Source: Oikopleura dioica (lineage: Eukaryota; Animalia; Chordata). Taken from it: a stretch of 64,000 bases of DNA. Positions 1-9,471 of the stretch are shown piece by piece (position 1 is the first letter of the stretch; each line of letters opens with the position of its first letter). The position numbers and the translations under genes were made by a program. Below the pieces are notes generated by a model. That model did not search any database. It saw only the letters and a program-made list of their open reading frames with translations, and had not been told where the DNA came from. The stretch is from positions 7,192,001 to 7,256,000 of the forward strand of contig OU015568.1 in assembly GCA_907165135.1 (NCBI GenBank), given 5' to 3'.

Positions 1-138
1 AAGGGCCATCTCAGCTCATCTCAGCTCAATCTTGACCTCAGCTCTGCTGGCTCAGCTCAGAAAAAATTTTCAAAAATCTGCAACTCTGCGTGAAACTGAT
101 TTTCTTTTCTTCTCTTTCTTTTTGTTGAACAGGTTTGA

Positions 139-792
139 TTCACGTTCGGCGATGCGCGAACATGTCGCGGAACTTGTCCATCTTTTCGTTTTGATCTTCG
201 AATTTGAGCTTGAGCTCTTCATATTCGAACTCCATCTGTTCAAATTGCTTGTTCGAGCTGCTTCCCCTAAGAATCTCCTCGTTAGTTGCCGACATATGCT
301 TCAGACATTCAATTTCTTCTTGGCATTTTTGAAGAGATACAGATTCGGCGAGAGTTCAGACTGGACCGATTGTTTTTCCTTGGTAACCGAGCCCATCTTC
401 ATTTTCAGCTGTTTGAGCATTGACATTTGTTTTCGTAAGAACGCACGGAGGTCTTCCAGCGTGTCAATCTTCGACTGAGAGTCGATCACATTTCGACACA
501 ACGAGTTCCTTCATCGTCCTCGACCGCAAAAAGAATTCGGAAAGAATCTTTGGCGCAATTTCTCGTTTCTGCGCGCAGTTTTTGCCTCGCCGATTCCACA
601 ACAGAAAAGAACTTCAAAGATGCGCTTTTATCTCTTGCTGATTCCTTGAGAGAACAGTTTTCGAGAAATAGCAAGCAAAAGTTACGCTTCTTTCACCTCT
701 TGGACAGATGCTTCCCGACGAAAAAGGCTCGTAATGGCCAGAGTTGACTTTACATACAACCTTCAGAAACTCTCTACAGCGTCATCTTCCAT
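139..792 (-). CDS. Small spliced coiled-coil protein of unknown function; exon structure only partly resolved
   Basis: Minus-strand segments read MEDDA..., SKIDTLEDLRAFLRKQMSMLKQLKMKMG... and KQFEQMEFEYEELKLKFEDQNEKMDKFRDMFAHRRT*. They are heptad-like and separated by AT-rich 30-50 nt gaps ending in AG. The joins need GA/GG-type donors and are tentative. Confidence 0.45.
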
Positions 793-1289
793 AATTTTTG
801 AATAAATGGTAAATAGAGTGGTCTTCAAGGATTATTTTGGTCCAAGAATCATGGAATTTTAACGCTCCAGTCCCGAGAAATCATCATTTTAGTAATGCTC
901 ACCGACCCTTTTTGTGAACAAGGCTTTCAGGAGCGTCAACCAATCAGCGCGCAGCTGAAAACAGAAAAGCGCCACAAGCGTCGAGAGAGAAAAAAACAAC
1001 TCCCGGAAGTTCATTTCTAGCGATTGGAAGATGCGTCAGTGAAAATTTTTGCAGATTTGGAATTCTGGTTCAAATTAATGTTAGTCTAGCATTTAAAAAA
1101 TCAAAGATCTTGAAAGCTTCACCAAGATCGAAAAAATCACACTTTGACACGTCATTTTTACGATAATGACTAATAATTATGAAAAGATTTTTGCACCTCT
1201 AGAATCGCCGTCCAAAGTTCTACTAGTTCATCAATTTGAAAATTGATCTGGACCCTTTTTTCGGGTACCTGAAAATTTGTGCGATATCC

Positions 1290-2840
1290 CTAAATATCTC
1301 CCTTTCGGCAAATGTAATCTCCGGGCGAGAAAATTTGCGGCTTGAGACGGAGGACCAGCTCAACGAGAAATCCCTTTTCGCAATCGCGAAAGAGAGCTAC
1401 TCTTCTGAGTGTTTCTGAAAGACGGATTAGCCTCCCAGATGATCGTTTATTTGCGGCTTACCGAGATGAACATTGATAGCGATCTCGGCCCTGAGCTTGT
1501 CCGGCAGGTGGCTCAGCACGCCAACTTCATCTACTCCTTTCTTTGAGCCCCAAAGATAGCTGAACCAGTTCACGATTTTCGATTGCAAGTCGCTATCAAC
1601 AGATCTCAGTTCCATGTACTAAGCAAACGGTGAAAACCAAACTCAAAATCAACAACTTTCAAACCTGTTTGAGCGCATCCATTCGTCCCTGAAACTCGGT
1701 TTTCGTCGCTTTCATGTTCGAAATCATAGTTCCGACTTCTCCAACAATCGTGGCAAAAATGAAGATTCCGATGAGGAAGTTTGATATTTGGAAAATGTAC
1801 TCAAAGTTGGTCTCTGGCTTTTCATGGCTCAACAAATGCTCAAAAAAGGGGAAAATATGGTTAGCGCGTAGGAACCATTTGGGAGCCAACATTTTGGAGT
1901 TTCGCCGATTGTCGCGAGGGTTAAGGTTGACCAGTACATTGAGTAGATATACTAGAACAAATTTGATGAGAAAAATGAGCAGAAAAAAGTACCCTTCTTC
2001 CGAGATACGCGAATTCTTGTCCAGCCGTCGTCACATTTGGAAATACCCACCGATCTTCTCCGAAGCCGATAATTCCGGAAATCAAGTACCAAAGGCATCC
2101 GTTCCAATGAATTATCACAAGAATAGAGGTGCACATGATAGAGATGCGGAAGAAATTCGGAAAATTGGTGCGCGTCTCAGTTTTGTTGATGAATTCGCTG
2201 ACTCGGTACTTGCGCTGGCATTTGATAAATCTCAAGGAGACCAGCCATTTGTTGTCGAAGCAGTACTGGAGGTAGTCGATTGGGCACATGGACATCATGT
2301 CAGTTTTGAACTGCGCTGATTTCTTGTAGTTTTCTCGTATGCTCTTGTGGTCTAAAAATGCTACAAAAGAGGGAATTGATAATGATTTTTACCTGTTATC
2401 ATCAATCCCTTGTCCAAGTACCCGGTGTAGAACTTGGTGAGAATGTCCATCCAGTACATAAAGTCGTTGAAGACGTCCACTCCGAGGAAGATCATTTTGT
2501 AGTCACCAAGCTGGTCGAAAGCCAGTCGACAAATGATGAACAACATGTTGTACATTACCGAAGCAGCGATGAGGCAAACCCAGTAGTAGTAAAGATCACC
2601 CGACGGGTCTAAATAAAATTCTGACCAGACGAATTTCTTCTTCTCCTCAGCTCTATCGCCTCCGATTCCGGCAAGAAAGCTGTCCGACTTTTTCAGCTCT
2701 TTCTCTTTCTTTTCTTTTTGCTGCTTCGATCTCTTCAGCAATTTCATTAGGCCAAAGATCCAGACAAACGGATTTGCTTGCGTTTTGACCTCAACCTCTC
2801 CATCCTTCAAAATCGGGTTCACTCTCATCGTTGGCTTCTA
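1290..2840 (-). CDS. CNGA: Cyclic nucleotide-gated cation channel alpha subunit (CNGA-like), apparently truncated early in the CNBD; further 5' exon(s) likely at ~2950-3110
   Basis: Spliced translation gives [10 protein letters not shown] (pre-S1), [14 protein letters not shown] (S4-S5 linker), IHWNGC, pore [20 protein letters not shown]6 [18 protein letters not shown]-linker [21 protein letters not shown] and CNBD start [13 protein letters not shown], followed by TAG at 1290-1292. Confidence 0.9.
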
Positions 2841-3209
2841 AAAATAAATAAAAATTGTATTGAAGAGTTGAAATAAGTCTACTTTTGATTCATCCGCCAT
2901 TTCTGGGGCAAAAAAGATTGGGATCTGAAAATGAGACAGATGAAAGTGCTCACCTGTGCCCAAAAGCGTCGCTGGTGATCGATGGGATTAGTCCAACGGA
3001 ACAAGGATTACGACGAGTAACCGCTTTATCCAGCTCTTCCTTTCAACCATCTTCAATAACTTCAAATTTGTTCCAAGAAACGATGGTCGTCTCTAGAACG
3101 CGAAAATTGTTTTGAACCTCAGAATTTTAAAATAGCAGATCTTCAGTTACGAACGCGCGCCGCGTACCAAAAACGCGTGAAAATAAGTGAGTAGAAGTAT
3201 CCAACAACG

Positions 3210-6200
3210 ATGAGTATCAAGGACCCATGGGAGGCCTGTGCGTTTGCGGAGTCAAAAAATGCCACTAATCCGCACAAATCGATGGTGAGCTGGCTCTATA
3301 ATGGAATCGCTTTTTCGGGAGAGGGAGTTATGCATAGACGTGCTTTTTTTAAGGTTCCTGTATTTAAAAAACCCACTTCGACCTTTTAATACCCGGAACA
3401 TCATACATATTTGGAATCAGCAGAAAAAATCTATAAACTTGACCCTTTTAGTTTTTCGAAATTCACTTCCGGTTACGATTCTAGAGCCGGAAGTTCGCGA
3501 AATTTCTAAGAATTACATACATATGAACTATCAAATTTAAGCTTACTACAAATCCAGTCATAAATTATCGGAACCGAGTCCAACCACGGTCAAAAACCGC
3601 CGCTAAACGACCGGTAAAAATTTAATAATTTTTCACTTTTTTCATAGATTTACCGGTAAGTTTAACCGCGTTTGGGACTTTTTCTTCAAAATATTTGATG
3701 ATGAGATGACTGAGAATTTTCTGCGCATCAATTTGATAGGTCACACTTTACCATGACTCCAAAATTTCGCCTACTTCCGGCTCTAGAATCGTAACCGGAA
3801 GTGAATTTCGAAAAACTAAAAGGGTCAAGTTTCTAGATTTTTTCTGCTGATTCCAAATATGTACGATGCTCCGGGTATTATAAGGTCGAAGTGGGTTTTT
3901 TAAATACAGGAACCTTAAAAAAAGCACGTCATAGGAACCGATTTAAATATGATATTTGGACGAAAAGGCATTTAATTTTATATTAATGAATAAATTATAT
4001 TTTATAAAAAAAAAATTTTATCGACAAAAAGTTTATATTTCTCAATTCTCTTCATCCTGGCCGCTCTTTCTCGAGCGATTTTCAAGCGAACATCCATGCT
4101 TCACGGCGGAAAATTGACGAGTTCAAGTCACGTGCTCGTCCTTTTGATCGTCGGCATGATTCTCAGTGCGATAGTGGAGCTTTTCCGTTACTGGTCGACG
4201 CAGGACTGTCTCCGCGGCGTCTGGATGATCTCATCTAACGGAGCTACTGAAACTGGTAAGTTCTAATCAGCATTTTTTTTCTTAAAATTTTTCTTCCTAG
4301 GCATGGATATTTCTTACCTCTACTTTGGTTTGTTGCCTCTGCTGCTATTCAAACCCTCGTTAGAAATCGACGGGACCTTCTTCATCCGAAACGTAGACAC
4401 AATCCTCCTTCAAGGCATCTTCTCTCTATTCGCGATGACCGGACTCATGACTCTGGTAATCACGCTCTTCATCAACCCGTTCTTCGAAATCGCACAAGAT
4501 TCGACTGGCTTCCCCTCTTATGGCGAATTCAAATCCTTCGCCTTCTCCGGCTTGCTAGCTGTCATCATCGTCAATGTAGACAGCAAGTTCGTTTTGAATC
4601 TCCTCAACGAAGTCGGCGCTGGAAAACAAGCGCTTTCGCAACATATCGACAACGGAAGCTGGGTCGCTTCTGTCATGGCTACGATTCTCTTCGAAGTCTT
4701 CAGAATTTGCGGTAATGGATTTTTAATCTAAGTTTTGCATAAACTCCGATTAAGTCCAAGCAAACGAAAACTGGGACCACAATCAGTGGCTCAGCGCTCT
4801 CACCTACAAAATCGTTCTTTCTCCCTTCATCGGCCTCATTATGGGAAAAATGATGTCCGCAATAATGAACCGAATCATCAACGATGTTCTGGCTGAAGTT
4901 CTCCTTGTCATGTCCTGCATCTACTTCACTGTTGGAATCGCAGAGTTTCTCGGTTTATGTGGACCACTCGCAGTTTTCTTGCTCAACTTCGTCATGGACC
5001 ATTCCGCCATTTCAAAAGGTACAATTCTTTTTTGTCACTTTTTTCTCACGTAAATTTTAGAGGGCGAAGAAGTGCTGAAACAATTTCTCGACTCTGCCGC
5101 CTTCTTTGCCGCTGTTTATCTCGGCGGAACTTGCGGCTTCATTTGGATGGAAGAACTTATCGACGAAATTGAATTCATCAACAGAGACTACGATGATGTT
5201 CCTTTCACGTGGAAATATATCGCCAAGGATTTTTTCTGGATCTTCGTCCTTTACATCTGCTTCATTTTGTTCCGATGCCTGGTCATTTATTTCACCTCCA
5301 GGGTTTTAAATAACAAGCATATTGAGGTAATTACAATTCTTAAATCATCATTAGCTGATTCTGAGTTTACAGATGAAGCAAGCAATGTTCATGTCATGGG
5401 GAGAGTTGCCAAGCTCAATCAACATGATCTTCGCTTTAATCGCCCTGCTCGATCCTAACCTAAACTGGGTCACATGCGGCTCTTCTGCTCGATACCAGCC
5501 TACAGATCCCTTTCACAGTGGCCGAGATATTGGAAGCTGCGAAGGAGACGTGGTTAACATTACAGTCTGGGGTCGGCATCTGGGCCACGCATGAGTCCTA
5601 GTCAGAGCCGTTTTCTTAGTCAGGGTCGTAGTTGTAGTCGACGTCGTCGTTGACCCGACCTACTACCACGACTTCTACTACAACTACGACAACGACTCCG
5701 ACTACGACTAATGAGTGGCCCACATGTCAACCCCAGATTACAGTAAATTATCTCTGGTCTCCTGTAATACAAGAAGACCTGAGCCACCTGTACCATATTG
5801 CGCAGCAAAAGACCTTTTCTACGGCATTGGCGTTCTGATCCTTTGCCAGTTCATCAACGCTCTTTCACTCGACCGTGTCGTGACCAAACTTGGCATTTAC
5901 AGAATCTCCTCTGTCCAGCGATCCACGATGAACAAAGCCATGGGCAGAATTCGTGAAGATGTGCATGAAGCTCTTAAAACGATGCGCTACGACTCTTTTC
6001 TCGCCGATGCTGATTGGGAAGCCGTCATGAAAAACGTACTCATTCATTTTTATCCACTGTTTTAGTTATTTTGAGGCGCACCTTTCGAACCCATACACAG
6101 AATACGAAGTTCCCTTGGAACATGCTCATACGATGAACAGGGATCGCTTCAGGAGTCGAAAACTCAGGTAAAATTTGAGATTTCTCGATCGATTTTTAAA

Positions 6201-8541
6201 CCCTTTTTAGTTTAGAGCTTACTCAAGATTTGAGAATTGTCAATCCTGAGTACACGATGATGCTCGAAGAAGAAAAATTCGACTATCACGAAGCGAGACA
6301 AAGGGCAATGAATGCGCTGAAAACAGGCTTCGTAAAACAGGTACGAAGTTTTAAGACGATGATTTTTTCTAAATATTTCTAGCGTAATAAAGGTCATTTG
6401 ACTGACGAAGCCGTCATCGTCCTGAAACAAGCTATCGACTCAGTCCAGAGCGATCATAAATCCAGTCAACTCGTCTCCACCACCATGCTCAAGCGAAACT
6501 GGAAACTCTACGGAATCTGGCCAAAGCTAAAGAGCCTCATCGAGCGACAATTATACGGCGACAAGAAGAAAGACGTCCGAAATCCTCACAACCGAAAGAT
6601 CATGCGAAAATTGTTCAGATTCTCGTTTTCTCCTACGTTTGAAACGATCATGCAAGTCGTCATTCTTTTGAACGTCATCCAAATGGTTGTTGAACAATAC
6701 TACCAGAACTTAGGTAAAAGTTCTTCTTTTAGAAACAAGGAAAAATTTGATTTTTAGGTGACCAAATAACGAATGCTTCTGATATTGCTGTAACCGAGCA
6801 CATCATCAACATGCCGTCTGAAGACAGCGTGGCAGGAACATCAATGACAATGAGCGATCAGTTCGAAATCTACACTGAGTACAACAATCAGTGTAATGCC
6901 AATATCTTTTGTCTGAGAACGATCATGGAGGGATTGAACTACACTTTCATCATTATTTACATCTTTGAAGTTCTCCTGAAAGTGTCCGTCCAAGGTATTT
7001 CAACTGTTTTTCATTCGACTCTTTTTTTATTGAAATTTAGGTGTCAAGCTCTATCTGAAATATGCATGGCATATTTTTGATTTGATCATTGTAATCATTT
7101 CTGTCGTCGAGACCATTGCTGTTGCTGTTTTGGAAGCAACTGCAACAGATTCGAACGCCTCAGAAAATCAAGGAAACGCTGGATCAATTTTGAAGGCCAT
7201 CAAATTCGCGAAAATGATCAAATCCGTTCGAATCTTCCGACTGGCGCGACTTCTCCGATTCGCAAAGACGCTCGTCCCAGTTGTGCTGCAATATCTCAAC
7301 AACCGGCTCTCGTTCAAAATCAGATCTGGCTACGACATTGGCCAGGGCTTTGTTCGGGCATCAGAAGAATTGGAACTTTCGCTGGATCTTATCGCAGGCG
7401 AAAAAGGAGAAAGCAAGGAGCAAATGAGACGTATTTTGAACAAGACGAAATCGACGATTATTCGAGATCTTGGTCTGCTTCAACGAGATTATCCAGAGAT
7501 CGCCGTTGCTGTTAAAACAAAAAGTAAGCAGACGTCCCTTTTTCTTCCTTGATATCAATCATGTTTAGCCGCGATTCGAAATCTCATCAACGTTATGGAC
7601 GATAGTATCCGACGCTTGCAAGACTCTGGAATTCTCGACGACTTCGAAGTGCGAATTCTCCACGATCAAGTCAACAACCTCATCAAGCAACTGTGGCTTT
7701 TACCGATCGAGATGGAGACGCCAGATCCTGAGAATCTGTTCCGAAACATTCACTGGGTCGGCGATGATAAGAAACTGGCAGCGTGGTTGATGGAGCACTC
7801 GAATATCTGCCACTTTGACTTGAATGAGATTATTATACAGGATGATGAGGAGCCCGACTCGATTTATTTAATTACCAAAGGATTGGTTAAGATTGTCCAT
7901 GGCCGCTACAGGAACAGTTTGATACCAGATTGGAATTGTCATTTTTCCAACCTTTTTTTCAAATTTTCAAAAGACATCATAAAATAACTGACGACTCGGA
8001 ATCTGAAGACGAAGGCGGTGATGATCTGGACGTCGACATCGACTACGCTTCAACGGGAATTGTGGTTGGAGAAATGGGCGTCCTCCTCGGCGAGAACTCG
8101 CGCACATCGGTTGTCTGCGAGACAGCGGTGGAGACGTACCAAATCCCCGTGGACATCATCCACGAAGCCTATGAAAAGTTTCCAAAGCTGTTGGACACTC
8201 TTTGGAGCGTCGTGGGCATGAAGGTGGCGATGCCGCTGATGCTCAAGGAGCCGCGATACCAAGGCTCGACGGCGGAGGATTTGCGCCGCGCGCTCGCTTC
8301 GTCTTACATCACCAACTTCAGCGCGCGAAGCACATTCGAAGTGACCAAAGACATCAGCGAAGTGATCCTTTTGAATGGCTTAATCACAGTTGGCGGCGAA
8401 TACATCGACGCGCCTGCACTTATCAGAAAACCCGAAGAGGAAGTCGACTCAGAAACAATTTACTTCCAAGAAAATTCAGTCATATTAATAGTCAAAAAGT
8501 CAGCACAAGGAGTCGGCAAAACAGGAAACAGCCTCAAATAA
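3210..8541 (+). CDS. SLC9C1: SLC9C/sperm-specific Na+/H+ exchanger-like protein (NHE domain + voltage sensor + CNBD), multi-exon
   Basis: CPA1-like TM region (4303-6065), then the SLC9C hallmark MRYDSFLADADWEAV, a VSD with S4 KAIKFAKMIKSVRIFRLARLLRFAK, the post-S4 motif GYDIGQGFVRASEE and a CNBD with GEMGVL...VVCET. Candidate first exon 3210-3284 (MSIKDPW...KSM|gtgagc). The exact 5' join and the final exon are uncertain. Confidence 0.85.
3337..3930. mobile_element. Non-autonomous DNA transposon (MITE), 594 bp, with 169-bp terminal inverted repeats
   Basis: 3337-3505 is the reverse complement of 3762-3930 with 6 mismatches by manual alignment. Flanks are ATA|GACGTGC...GCACGTC|ATA, a candidate 3-bp TSD. 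The 256-bp interior encodes no transposase. Confidence 0.85.
5625..5690. repeat. Perfect 14-bp inverted repeat (hairpin) in a Thr-codon/Val-codon low-complexity tract inside SLC9C
   Basis: gtcgtagttgtagt (5625-5638) is the exact reverse complement of actacaactacgac (5677-5690). It extends to 21 bp with 3 mismatches. Confidence 0.7.
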
Positions 8542-9471
8542 GTCAAGTAAGTCTTCTGAACCTTCCCGTATAAATACTTTTTAGATATGACCATGATGGA
8601 CAAAATACCACCATCAAATTCTTCAAAGACAGAAATGGAACCTTTGAACTGTATCTTTTTTTGAGCTGCAAATGTTTAAAACGAGCGTAAGTCAATATAA
8701 TTGTTCATCATTTGGCAGTAGCCCGTTTTCTGCATTATTATTTTATTATCTGTATTTAGCCATATTTTATTTAATAAAATTATTTATATATTTTCACAAA
8801 CAAATGTCATTTTTCATGAAATTTGGAGAAAGCTGCTTTCTCGTTTAATTTCCTGCTAATGAAAATGTTTGCATATCCGTGAATGCAATCCTTAATCAAG
8901 ATCTAATCCATCTGTGATCCCGGACATGATAACCGGGATCTAACTTCCAGGTACCGCGGTGACTTCTATCGAGGCAACAGCTGATGAAGTTGCTGTCGCG
9001 AGCGAGTTTCCACCATCAGCTGACAGTTTGTACTTCAGCTTAGATTTATGACAAAGAGAGAGAGTCATACCGTTACAATACCTTATTCTTTCTATCCAAG
9101 ATAAAACTCGTCTTCGAAGAGCTAGTGGCAAGAGATTAGCACAGAAGCTTCGAAGAACAAGTAACAACCCTGCGCCGGCTCAAGAATAGCTGTTAGGTGA
9201 GTCAGGACTGTGCGTTATGCAAGGAGGTATCAGAAATAGAAATTTCTGGTCCCGCTAAAGGTGCTAAGTGTTAACTTGCTACCCGCGTCTTAGTACATCT
9301 ATCTGCACACAATGAAGTACTCTTTTTTACAGATCGCATTGCGCTTTTTTTATCGATTTTTAGTTTCTTAGAGATTTTTTTCTACTGACTGATTAGCTTA
9401 GAGAAAGACGCTAAAAGACTGTTTTTTAGACAATACGATATCGACACTGCCCCACAACGGTAAAAAACCAA

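Noticed and set aside
32-478. 148-aa plus-strand ORF
   Set aside because: Antisense shadow of the minus-strand coiled-coil gene; Phe/Leu/Ser-rich with no motif.
1814-1891. Apparent TG-AG intron in the CNG pore loop (needed for IGETPK|PETNFEY)
   Set aside because: A canonical 62-nt GT-AG intron (1875-1814) gives [17 protein letters not shown] in frame, so no exotic splice site is required.
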